Shown: positions 19,025 through 27,696, counted from the first letter of the stretch. The stretch: DNA of 64,000 bases from Deltaproteobacteria bacterium (GCA_019313915.1 JAFDAJ010000003.1:13369-77368); one strand, 5' to 3'. A program made the numbers and translations. Notes: a model not told the origin generated them from the sequence alone.

Positions 19025-20440
19025 TCACCCCGTAAAGCGACTACGTCGCCACGGGGCTAGGCGCCAGCGTCGGTGCCCGAAGCGCCACACACCACTTAGC
19101 AACAGCAACGCCAGTACCCATCCGACCTGCCCCCGCCCGTGCCCTGGCCCGCGGACGGAGCACCCGCTACTCCCGCTCGACGTTTGCGCCTGCTGGTCGA
19201 ACTGCCCAGTCGGATTCCGTCGCTTGTTCACGGCCTCATAGCGCTCCTGCAGCGCCGCAGCGCGCTCCTCCGGCGTCACCGAAGGATGCCCGTCCGGTAG
19301 ATTCGCCCCGATGTCATCGAATGCGACCAGCTTCACCGTCGGCTTGTCCGGATGCCGGCCCTCCGACGGGCTCTGCCAGCGCATGAAGATTCCCCCGTCC
19401 GGATGGCCGGAGATGTCGAGCCAGTTCGGCACGCCGGGGTCCCGGTGTGCCAGCACGTATCGAATGATGCCGTCGTCGTCGGGCGTCGATTGGAACCAGT
19501 TGAGCGAGGTCTGGCGGGTTTGATAGTCGATTGACTCGACCCAGAGGTTCCCGAGCTGAATCCCTCCGTGAATGACCGAGGGCTCCGGCGTCTCGATGAT
19601 CAGCGCCTCGTCTTCATCGAGCGAGTACCGCCCTGCACTACTCACCGCGCTTGGCACTCCGGCCCCCGGGATACCGAACGCACCTGGATCCGGTTCGTTG
19701 ACGTCGTTGAGCGGCCAACCGTCGCGGGATGCCTGCATCCTGGCCGGAATGGTAGAGAGGCGAAGCGCGAGCCCCGCCATGTCCGACACAAACTCGTCGG
19801 GGGTGAGGTGCGGCACCGGCCCGCTCATTGGGCCTGCGATGACTTCGACCTGCACGCTGGCTTCGGTCTCGTTGTTCCAATCATAGAACCCGTTACGTAG
19901 GATGAAGCGCTGCGCGCCCGGCTTGAGCTCCATCCAATTGCCCTCCTGCGGCGTCGCGCTGAGGATAATCTCGTAGCTCCCGTCGGCCTCGACGATCAGG
20001 TCTTCCGAAGTCATGAAGGCCTCACCACCAAACGGGTTGTCAAACACTTGCATGCTGACGTAAGGCACCGTCCCCCGCTTGCCATAAATCCGGTACGTGT
20101 ACTCCGCGCTGATTGGCGCCACGTTGATGTACGTGAAGTCGGGATTGTCGAAGCCCACCTTGCACGCGACGCTTGGACAACGCGAGACATGCGGATTCGC
20201 TTCGTTGTGATCGTCGGTCGCCGGCGCGTTCTGCATCTCAATCAGACGAATGATGTGCCGGAACCCCTCCGCCCGATCGGTGCCGTCCTCCGAGGTCCGG
20301 TTGAGCACGAGCTCGCGCGAAGTCTGAAGGGCGTCGAGAAAGCCCTGGAACGCAGCGTCGCTGTCCTGGGCGCGGGCGATGGGGGAAGAGAGGAGGCACG
20401 CCAACGCGGCCACGGCCAGGAAACAAGAAAAGCGATTCAT
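19025..20440 (-). CDS. secreted protein (possibly DUF1214-like) with a MYXO-CTERM-like C-terminal sorting tail
   Basis: Signal peptide MNRFSCFLAVAALACLLSSPIARA. The C-terminus is ..SSGSSGCSVRG..VGWVLALLLLSGVWRFGHRRWR: a Cys, a hydrophobic helix, then a basic cluster. The start overlaps the upstream stop by 4 nt. Confidence 0.7.
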   Translation of the reverse strand: MNRFSCFLAVAALACLLSSPIARAQDSDAAFQGFLDALQTSRELVLNRTSEDGTDRAEGFRHIIRLIEMQNAPATDDHNEANPHVSRCPSVACKVGFDNPDFTYINVAPISAEYTYRIYGKRGTVPYVSMQVFDNPFGGEAFMTSEDLIVEADGSYEIILSATPQEGNWMELKPGAQRFILRNGFYDWNNETEASVQVEVIAGPMSGPVPHLTPDEFVSDMAGLALRLSTIPARMQASRDGWPLNDVNEPDPGAFGIPGAGVPSAVSSAGRYSLDEDEALIIETPEPSVIHGGIQLGNLWVESIDYQTRQTSLNWFQSTPDDDGIIRYVLAHRDPGVPNWLDISGHPDGGIFMRWQSPSEGRHPDKPTVKLVAFDDIGANLPDGHPSVTPEERAAALQERYEAVNKRRNPTGQFDQQAQTSSGSSGCSVRGPGHGRGQVGWVLALLLLSGVWRFGHRRWRLAPWRRSRFTG

Positions 20441-22293
20441 GAAGACCTCCTGGAGGGAGTTCTAGCGGGAGGCCCGCCGAAACGCGAATCGCCCAACCTA
20501 ACAGCCGAACCTTCCCCCGTGCGAATCGGGGAGCCGTCTCCCATTTTCGCCCAGGACCGCTCCTCTTCGAGAAACTGAAGCGGGTCCATCTCCGGTTTCA
20601 CTTTCTCGTAGATGGTCGGAAACGCGCCGTCCGCCGCGTACCTCTCCCGCATCTCGCGCCAAAGGGCATGGTCGAACATCTCCGTGAACTCCGCTTCGGT
20701 GCTGAAGACGTCGCAGTACGTGTGAAGAAACCCGCCGAGCGACCGCGCCTTCTGCTCGAGCGCGCGAACCCTGGTCACAGCGGGGAATCGCGCATCGCCT
20801 TCTCTCACACGCTGAGGAAATCCGTAGATCCCGATGTCGAGGAAGGCCGTGGTTTCGGCCTTGCCCGAGTAGCCTTTGCCGAGATTGCCGGGGAGCCTCA
20901 CGAGCCCACCGTGGTCGATGACCTTGCATGGATACGCGAGCAGCGGATAGATCTCGAAAGCGTCGTGCACGTGCCTGACCATCTCGGCAAAGTGCTCCGC
21001 CGGGAAAGCATACTCCTGCCAGACTTGCTGACGAATCGTATTCTCTCGCTCCGCCTCCGGCCGCGTGCCTTTGAGGAAGGTCGTATTGGGCGGCAGCATC
21101 CACCCCATCGTGTACCGAAACCAAGGTTCGTTCGCTGTCGGAAGGATCTGCGCCAGGCACATGCACATGCTGCGGTCGTGGCGCATCAGATAGTGGTACA
21201 TGGGCACCAGCTCTTCGTGGTGCCGGCCCTCCCCGAGCTCGAGCATCCCTTCGACATGCTTGTAAAAGAGAGGCTTGTAGTAGCGGCCGACCGCGTTAAC
21301 CGGAAGCTTCCCGGCTCGCACCTCATCCAAGGTCGCTAGGTGCCCCTCCATGATGACCGCACGGTCCTTGCCGAAGATGAGGGTCTCGACGAAGTGGGGC
21401 GGCTCCTCTTCGGTGACCAGGCGGCGATACTCTTCGGCATAGGCGTCGAGCGAGTAGAACGGACGATACACCAGCCGAACGTGCGAGGGAGCGGGGATTA
21501 CGCGCACCTCGAGCGCCACGAGGAGCCCAAGCGTCCCATGGCTCCATGGGAGCGCCCTAAAGAGGTCCGCGTGCTCGTTATCCGCAGTAGCCCGCACGAG
21601 CTCGCCCTCGGCCGTCACGATCTCGTACGCCGTCACCGTATCGTGCACGAGCCCGCACACGTGGGAGTGGGTCGTCATGCCGAGCGCCATCACGAGGCCC
21701 CCGAGGGTTGCGTCCTTCATCTCGATGGTAGCCTCGAGCTGGAGTCCCATCTGATCGAGGTGCCACGCGACGTCTCCCACGGTGGCGAACGGCTCGAGTC
21801 TCACGACGCCCCGGCTTTCATCTACCTCGAGGATCGCGGTGAGATCGTGCATACGAATGGTTTGGGAGTGCGACTTGTCGGCGACGCGAGTGTTGAGTGA
21901 AGCGGCGCCCTTGCGGTCGGTTCGAAGCGGCTTCTGCGCCCAGCTCTCACCGCGCTTTCGTGCCACAGCGTAGCGCTTCACATCAGACATCACGCGGGTG
22001 ACGCGCCGGTCATGGTCGTCCGGCGCGCTCGGCTTCGTGACGAGTGCCCTTGCTTTATCCACCGCGGTAGCCAGCGTGCCCAATGGAAGGGCGACACCGA
22101 TGATAACCAGCTCGCGGTGCTCGTCGGCCCAGCGTTTTGCCGCTTCGATTGGTCTTTTTAGGTTCACTAGAGCTCTCCTTAGTGATCGTGCTGCTACCTG
22201 ATGGCCAACCCACAGGCCAGTAGCATCCCACACGCGGGCCGCCAGCGGGGCCGAAGCCCAGTGGCGACGGAGTCGCTCTACGTGGGTGGACAA
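20437..22293 (-). CDS. FAD-dependent oxidoreductase homologous to eukaryotic DHCR24/DWF1 (delta24-sterol reductase-like)
   Basis: N-terminal TM helix followed by blocks I recognise from DHCR24: ILEVDESRGVVRLEPFATVGDV, DATLGGLVMALGMTTHSHVCGL, DLFRALPWSHGTLGLLVALEVRVIPA, YYKPLFYKHVE, FRYTMGWMLPP, FLDIGIYGFP, AFPTIYEKV. Confidence 0.8.
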   Translation of the reverse strand: MSTHVERLRRHWASAPLAARVWDATGLWVGHQVAARSLRRALVNLKRPIEAAKRWADEHRELVIIGVALPLGTLATAVDKARALVTKPSAPDDHDRRVTRVMSDVKRYAVARKRGESWAQKPLRTDRKGAASLNTRVADKSHSQTIRMHDLTAILEVDESRGVVRLEPFATVGDVAWHLDQMGLQLEATIEMKDATLGGLVMALGMTTHSHVCGLVHDTVTAYEIVTAEGELVRATADNEHADLFRALPWSHGTLGLLVALEVRVIPAPSHVRLVYRPFYSLDAYAEEYRRLVTEEEPPHFVETLIFGKDRAVIMEGHLATLDEVRAGKLPVNAVGRYYKPLFYKHVEGMLELGEGRHHEELVPMYHYLMRHDRSMCMCLAQILPTANEPWFRYTMGWMLPPNTTFLKGTRPEAERENTIRQQVWQEYAFPAEHFAEMVRHVHDAFEIYPLLAYPCKVIDHGGLVRLPGNLGKGYSGKAETTAFLDIGIYGFPQRVREGDARFPAVTRVRALEQKARSLGGFLHTYCDVFSTEAEFTEMFDHALWREMRERYAADGAFPTIYEKVKPEMDPLQFLEEERSWAKMGDGSPIRTGEGSAVRLGDSRFGGPPARTPSRRSS

Positions 22294-22329
22294 CCCTCTG
22301 CCCTGGCCTTACCCGTGTCCATAGGAGGC

Positions 22330-22914
22330 ATGACGATGTCCGAGCACGTGCGCGAAATCCGCCCCGCCGCTTCAACGCAACCAACGATCACCGCGCTCGA
22401 CCTCCGCATGATGTCGCGAGATGAGGTGGTGGCTCTCTATCATCGGCTCGAAGCACCGGCCTTCGAAGAGATGCACGGCGAGTTTGCGGCGTCATTGCTC
22501 GACCAGGGGACCGCCCGTGGCTACTTACTCAGCGCGTTTGCGGTGCACGCGAGGGGTCGCTGGCTTTGCAAAGCGTTCGAGCCCACCGGACCGAAGCAGG
22601 GTCACGGCTACAACAGCTTCATGACCCCGCGCGGAGCGCGACGCTCGGCGAGGATGCGAACTCACCTCGGACCTTCCAAGTTGCCCAACGACACGAACGA
22701 CGCGTTCCATCTCGAGTACGCGGATTTCAACGACTTCCAACGTGGCGGCCCCGGAGGGGCACTCTTGCACACGATGTTCGACGAGGTCCGCAAGGTGGGC
22801 CCGGGCCTCTACCTCGGCATTGGTCGCGTGGGTTTCACCAAGAAGGCACGCACGGACCTCCACCCCTTCATCCTAGAAGGCCCAGTTGCCCCGTTCATGA
22901 GCGCAAAGCTCTAA
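22330..22914 (+). CDS. hypothetical protein, tentatively GXWXG/DUF4334-like
   Basis: ATG at 22330 preceded by AGGAGG (22323-22328). The track ORF start at 22201 lies antisense to the neighbouring gene. The C-terminal FDEVRKVGPGLYLGIGRVGF..HPFILEGP is reminiscent of DUF4334. Confidence 0.55.
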   Translation: MTMSEHVREIRPAASTQPTITALDLRMMSRDEVVALYHRLEAPAFEEMHGEFAASLLDQGTARGYLLSAFAVHARGRWLCKAFEPTGPKQGHGYNSFMTPRGARRSARMRTHLGPSKLPNDTNDAFHLEYADFNDFQRGGPGGALLHTMFDEVRKVGPGLYLGIGRVGFTKKARTDLHPFILEGPVAPFMSAKL

Positions 22915-24077
22915 CCCCCTGAGCAGAAGTGCTCGTAGTCGATGTAATCGGTGATCGTGGGGTGATCGCCGCAGACCGGGCAGTCCTTGTTGCGTCGCAG
23001 CTTGAATGTACGGAACTCCATTTGCAGCGAGTCGTACTGTAGAAGCCGACCGACCAAGGGGTCGCCGCGTTCGAGAACGATTTTCACCGCCTCGGTTGCC
23101 TGGAGGGTGCCGATGGCGCCGGGGAGGACGCCGAGGACGCCAGCCTCTGCGCATGACGGCGCGAGATGCGGCGGTGGCGGCTCAGGATACAAGCAGCGGT
23201 AGCATGGACCCTGGCGCGGCCAGAACGTCGTGACTTGGCCGTCGAAGCGGAAGATCGACCCGTGCACGACGGGAATGTCCTTCCACACGCTGGCGTCGTT
23301 GACGAGGTAGCGCGTCGCGAAATTGTCGAGGCCGTCGACGATGACGTCCCAGTCTTGATCGAAGATACGATCGACGTTCTGGCGCGTGAGGCGCTCGTCG
23401 AATGCGATGACATTCACGTCGGGGTTGAGGTTCTCGATCGTGCGTTTTCCGCTCAGGACCTTCGACTGGCCCACGCGATCGAGACCATGCAGGATCTGGC
23501 GCTGCAGGTTGGACTCATCCACCGTGTCGCCGTCGATGATGCCGATGGTGCCTACGCCCGCAGCGGCGAGGTAGAGCGCCGCCGGTGAGCCGAGCCCCCC
23601 GGCGCCGAGCAACAGCACCCGGCCTTGCAGCAACTTCGCCTGGCCCTGCTCGCCCACTTCAGGCAGCAATAGATGCCGCGAGTAGCGGTTCAGCTGCGCG
23701 TCAGTGAATGCAAACGGCTGCGTCGTTGGGAAGCCTTGGTCCTTCCACTGATTGAAACCCGGGTTTGCCGACTCGACGTTGGTGTAGCCGAGGTCTTGCA
23801 GAACCTTGGCCGCAAACGCGGAGCGGATCCCCGCGGCACAAATCGTGACGATCTTCACGTCCTTGTCGGGCAGCCTCGAGCCGGCCTGCATCTCGAGAAA
23901 GCCTCGCGGAATGTGAATCGCGCCCGGAATGTGACCCTGCCGCCACTCATCCTTTTCGCGCACATCGACGAGAATCGAATCGTCGCCCGCGTCGAGACGG
24001 TCCTTCAGGTCCTCGAGGGAGACCTGCCGAATGGCGGCCTTCACCTCTTGGAGCAAGTCAGCATATGTCTTTGCCAT
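22911..24077 (-). CDS. moeB: rhodanese-ThiF/MoeB fusion (sulfur-carrier adenylyltransferase/sulfurtransferase)
   Basis: N-terminal rhodanese (LVDVREKDEWRQGHIPGAIHIP..ICAAGIRS). This is followed by ThiF/MoeB (NRYSRHLLLPEVGEQGQAKLLQGRVLLLGAGGLGSPAALYLAAAGVGTIGIIDGDTVDESNLQRQ) with CxxC..CPVC zinc motifs. I prefer the ATG at 24077 over the TTG at 24086. Confidence 0.88.
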   Translation of the reverse strand: MAKTYADLLQEVKAAIRQVSLEDLKDRLDAGDDSILVDVREKDEWRQGHIPGAIHIPRGFLEMQAGSRLPDKDVKIVTICAAGIRSAFAAKVLQDLGYTNVESANPGFNQWKDQGFPTTQPFAFTDAQLNRYSRHLLLPEVGEQGQAKLLQGRVLLLGAGGLGSPAALYLAAAGVGTIGIIDGDTVDESNLQRQILHGLDRVGQSKVLSGKRTIENLNPDVNVIAFDERLTRQNVDRIFDQDWDVIVDGLDNFATRYLVNDASVWKDIPVVHGSIFRFDGQVTTFWPRQGPCYRCLYPEPPPPHLAPSCAEAGVLGVLPGAIGTLQATEAVKIVLERGDPLVGRLLQYDSLQMEFRTFKLRRNKDCPVCGDHPTITDYIDYEHFCSGG

Positions 24078-24084
24078 GCACGCC

Positions 24085-24112
24085 AATATGTAACTTTGGG
24101 CTTTTTCGTCAA
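24085..24112 (-). promoter_or_regulatory. possible sigma70-type promoter giving a near-leaderless moeB-like transcript
   Basis: On the minus strand, TTGACG (24112-24107), a 16-nt spacer, then CATATT (24090-24085). The ATG at 24077 is only 7 nt past the -10 element. The intergenic DNA is locally AT-rich. Pattern match only. Confidence 0.3.
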
Positions 24113-24187
24113 GGCTAACGGGGCTTTAGCTCATATACCGCGGTTTTCACATCGGTTTTGTCGGGTACTCTGTCCGGAGCTCAAAAG

Positions 24188-24706
24188 CTAGGCCGCCGGC
24201 CGGAGGACGCCCTGGTCGAGGGCGTACCCTTCGAGAGCCCTTCGGAGCCGCGTCCGGCCGCGGTGGAGGCGGGACATCACGGTGCCCACGGGGCACTCCA
24301 ACTGGTCTGCGGCGTCCTGGTACGAGAGATCGTGGACGTCCACCATCTCGACGGCTTCACGAAACTCTGGCCGGAGGCCGCGCAAGGCGGCAACCACTTC
24401 GTCGCCAAATCCATCGTGCGGGGCGCGCGTGCTCACACGGCTCGCACTTCGCAGCTCGTCGAGCGCCTCCCGCTCCCGCTTCTTCTTCCGATAGTGGTTG
24501 ATGTACGTATTGAACAGAATACGGTGTGTCCATGCCCGCGCGTTGGTGCCCGGGCGGAAGCTCGCGCGCGCTTGCCACGCGCGAATCAGGGTTTCCTGAA
24601 CGAGGTCGTCGGCAAGGGCGGTGCCTCGAGCCAACCGAAGGGCGCTCCGGGAAAGCTCGGGCACGCACGGTAGGATTTCTTCGTTGTAGTGTTCTTGGTT
24701 CTGCAT
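24188..24706 (-). CDS. ECF-type RNA polymerase sigma factor (sigma-70 family)
   Basis: Region 2 reads DLVQETLIRAWQARASFRPGTNARAWTHRILFNTYINHYRK. Region 4 reads LRPEFREAVEMVDVHDLSYQDAADQLECPVGTVMSRLHRGRTRLRRAL. ATG at 24706 (MQNQEHY) is preceded by GGAGA. Confidence 0.85.
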   Translation of the reverse strand: MQNQEHYNEEILPCVPELSRSALRLARGTALADDLVQETLIRAWQARASFRPGTNARAWTHRILFNTYINHYRKKKREREALDELRSASRVSTRAPHDGFGDEVVAALRGLRPEFREAVEMVDVHDLSYQDAADQLECPVGTVMSRLHRGRTRLRRALEGYALDQGVLRPAA

Positions 24707-24850
24707 CGAGATGGTCTCCACCCCGACTCCAATGCAACGGCAATGCCAGCCCGGAAAACCCAAGAATTTCGTGCCTGGCTCGAACGGCGCGGCGCCACCT
24801 TGTCGCCCGGGTGACACGGTGTCGTGTCAAGCTGTCGCCTGGCCGTCCGC

Positions 24851-26362
24851 TCAGTGGCCCTGCTGGCGGGCCAGCACGACGGGCACCGCATCCGCCACTT
24901 CGGACGCGATTAGACCGCGGTCACCGACCGAAGCTTCGACGCCGGCAAGGGCATGCAAGAGTGCGCCAGCAATCGCCGCATCGATGGGCGCAAGGGTCAT
25001 CCCAAGTGCGCCAACCACCCCGCTCAGGACGTCGCCCGTCCCTGCAACACCAAGCGCCGGGGTTCCCTCTGCGCACACCCGAAGGTCGTCCGCTCCCGCA
25101 ACGATGCTGCGAGCGCCCTTCAAAATGACGACTTGCCCCGACTCGTTCGCTAGCGCTTCGGCGACCGCGTAGCGGTTGGCTTGCACGTCGGCAGTCGATT
25201 GGCCCAGCAGACGCCCCGCTTCACCCGGATGTGGTGTGAGGATTCGCGGCGCGGCGGCCGCTTTCAAGGACGAGAGACCGTCCTCCGCGACATGGGTAAG
25301 ACCGTCAGCGTCGATGACGGTGGGAACTGGCGCATGCAGCGCGAAGGCGCGCGCTCACGTACGTCCGAGGTCGTCCAGTCCCATCCCCGGTCCCAATACG
25401 ACTGCGCGCTTCCCCTCGCACAGAGACTCGACGGCGGCTTGGTCCGCTTGGTCGGGAAGCGCGATCGTCATCAACTCGATCACCTTCTCTTCGAGCGCAG
25501 CCCGCGCATCGGAGCGAGCACCGATCGTGACGAGCCCCGCGCCAGCCCGAAACGCGGCCCGGCCGGCAAGGACCGCCGCGCCAGTCTTTCCCGGCGCGCC
25601 GCCAATGACGAGCAAGTGTCCGTTGGTCCCCTTGTGTGCATCGCCAGCACGCGGCGCGATGAGCGCACCAAGGTCGTCTCTCGTCCACATGCTCGCCGCC
25701 GGAGAGCTTTCGATGGGGATGCCGATGTCGGCCACCCTCACTTCACCTGCATACTCCACGCCGGGATACTGATGAAGGCCGCGCTTGTGGCCTGCGAAAG
25801 TGACCGTCAACGCGGCGTGTGGCGCGACGCCGAAGATCGCGCCGGTGTCTGCGTCGAGCCCGCTGGGCAGATCCAATGCCACTAGAGGAGCCGCCGCACC
25901 GTCCATCGCAGCAATGACATCCGCGTAGCCACCCGTGATCGGCCGGTCGAGCCCCGTCCCAAAGAGGCCGTCGACGACGAGCGTTGCATTCGCCAGATGC
26001 TTACCGATCGACGCGGCGTCGTCCGGGGAGATCTCCGCGGTCTCGATACCGAGCTCGCCAAGAAGCGCCCAGTTGGTTTGCGCGTCGCCGCCCAAACGGG
26101 ACACGTCCCCAACCAGAACCGCCACCGGCCGGTGTCCGAGCAATGTGAGGCGCCTCGCAATCACCCACGCGTCGCCGCCGTTTTGGCCGGGCCCACCAAT
26201 GAGGACGACGCGGCCGAGTCGCTCGCCAAACAGCTGGCAAATCGCATGGGTTGCACCGCGCCCGGCGTTCTCCATCAACACCAGGCCGAGCACGCCGAAC
26301 TCATCCATGGCCGCGCGATCGACATCGCGCGACTCCTCGCGTGTAAAAAGCCGCTGCACCAT
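24851..26362 (-). pseudogene. nnr: bifunctional NAD(P)H-hydrate repair enzyme Nnr (YjeF_N epimerase + YjeF_C dehydratase), interrupted by an in-frame TGA
   Basis: Track ORFs 25355..26362 and 24851..25267 are in the same frame (start-to-start 1095 nt). The first ends ..VVLGPGMGLDDLGRT*. The 29 codons after the TGA read ARAFALHAPVPTVIDADGLTHVAEDGLSS and run into ..ILTPHPGEAGRLLG..GTGDVLSG, a continuous YjeF_C domain. Confidence 0.7.
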
Positions 26363-26384
26363 CGGATTATGCCTTTAAACCGGC

Positions 26385-26870
26385 TTGGGCACACCTTATG
26401 CTCCGCCCATGGACGCAAAGGCCCCCTCCGAGTCCTTCACCGAAATGACCGAGCTGGTTCTGCCGCAACACACCAATGCGATCGGCACGGCATTCGGCGG
26501 CGTGATCATGAGTTGGATCGACATTTGCTGCTCGATCGCCGCGATGCGACATTGCGGGCGCGTGTCCGTCACCGCGCGCATCGACGCGCTGGAGTTCAAG
26601 GCGCCGATCAAAGTCGGCGACGTGGTTCGGTTGACCGCGCGCCTCAACGCCGCGTTTACGAGCTCGATGGAAATCGGCGTCCGGGTGGAGCACGAGCACA
26701 CGAAAACCGGCAAGCGCTCGCTGTGCGCCAATGCTCGCGCGACCTTCGTCAACCTCGGAGAAGACGGAAAGCCCTGCCCCGTCCCGTCCCTTCTCGCTGA
26801 AACCGACGAAGATCGCCGCCTGGCGGCCGAGGCTGCCGAGCGACGCAACGAACGGCGTTCGGCGGGGTGA
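26385..26870 (+). CDS. acyl-CoA thioesterase (hotdog fold, YciA-like)
   Basis: ELVLPQHTNAIGTAFGGVIMSWIDICCSIAAMRH..VTARIDALEFKAPIKVGDVV is the typical acyl-CoA hydrolase pattern. Confidence 0.85.
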   Translation: MGTPYAPPMDAKAPSESFTEMTELVLPQHTNAIGTAFGGVIMSWIDICCSIAAMRHCGRVSVTARIDALEFKAPIKVGDVVRLTARLNAAFTSSMEIGVRVEHEHTKTGKRSLCANARATFVNLGEDGKPCPVPSLLAETDEDRRLAAEAAERRNERRSAG

Positions 26871-27682
26871 CATCGATGCCCCGTCTCCCAAGAGCCCACC
26901 TGTTTGAGTTCAATGATCGTGATTGGGTTCCCGAGAGCTTGCGCGACACGATTATCGAGACGCTGAGCCGTTCGCTCGATTGGGGTGGTTTCCTTCGGCC
27001 ATTGGCGCCCATCATCGATGGCTTCCTTTCTGAGTCTGGGACGCACGACGTGCTCGACCTTTGCGCGGGGGCGGGCGGGCCTGCGGTCATCCTGAGTCAC
27101 GAAGCGGAGCGCTTAGGGCTCCACCCTCCCCGCTTCCTGATTACCGATCTGTTTCCCCGGATCCCCATGTGGACACGCGCCAAGCAAGAGCGACCAGACA
27201 GCATCGACTTCATCGGAGAGCCGGTGGACGCAACCAGCATTCCGGCATCCCTGTCCGAGGGTCGCGCGCGCATCATCGTCAACGCCTTTCATCATTTTCG
27301 GCCGGCTCTTGCGGGCGCCATTCTCCGCGACGCGGTCGTCAATCGAGCACCGGTCTTCATCTCTGAATCGTTCGAACGTGACCCAAGGGGCGCGCTTCCC
27401 CTCATCCCGATCGGAATCCCTTCGCTCCTTGCCACCCCACTGCTCTCGCCCCGAGACCGGCTTGCAAAGGCGGTGTGGACCTGGCTGACTCCCATCGGCC
27501 TTGCAGCCGGAACGTGGGACGCGCTGGTCAGCACGCTGCGTGTTTACTCCGAACGAGACCTGCGCGAGCTCATCGCTCCCTTTGGCGAGGGTTACGAATG
27601 GACCTACGGAACCTACGACTACCCGTTCGGAGGCCGAGGATGCTACTTCCATGGCCTTCCCTCGAGTGAGGATCGGACCTAG
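26867..27682 (+). CDS. putative class I SAM-dependent methyltransferase-like protein
   Basis: 271 aa with a glycine-rich motif VLDLCAGAGGP. It overlaps the thioesterase stop by 4 nt. Weak assignment. Confidence 0.5.
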   Translation: MTSMPRLPRAHLFEFNDRDWVPESLRDTIIETLSRSLDWGGFLRPLAPIIDGFLSESGTHDVLDLCAGAGGPAVILSHEAERLGLHPPRFLITDLFPRIPMWTRAKQERPDSIDFIGEPVDATSIPASLSEGRARIIVNAFHHFRPALAGAILRDAVVNRAPVFISESFERDPRGALPLIPIGIPSLLATPLLSPRDRLAKAVWTWLTPIGLAAGTWDALVSTLRVYSERDLRELIAPFGEGYEWTYGTYDYPFGGRGCYFHGLPSSEDRT

Positions 27683-27696
27683 TTACCCGGCGGCAG

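Noticed and set aside
25355-25357. The in-frame TGA of nnr as a selenocysteine codon.
   Set aside because: The position is in a linker of the YjeF_C domain where homologues, as I recall them, have no catalytic Cys. I saw no SECIS-like hairpin immediately downstream, and no selenoprotein machinery is in the window. A nonsense mutation or error is more parsimonious.
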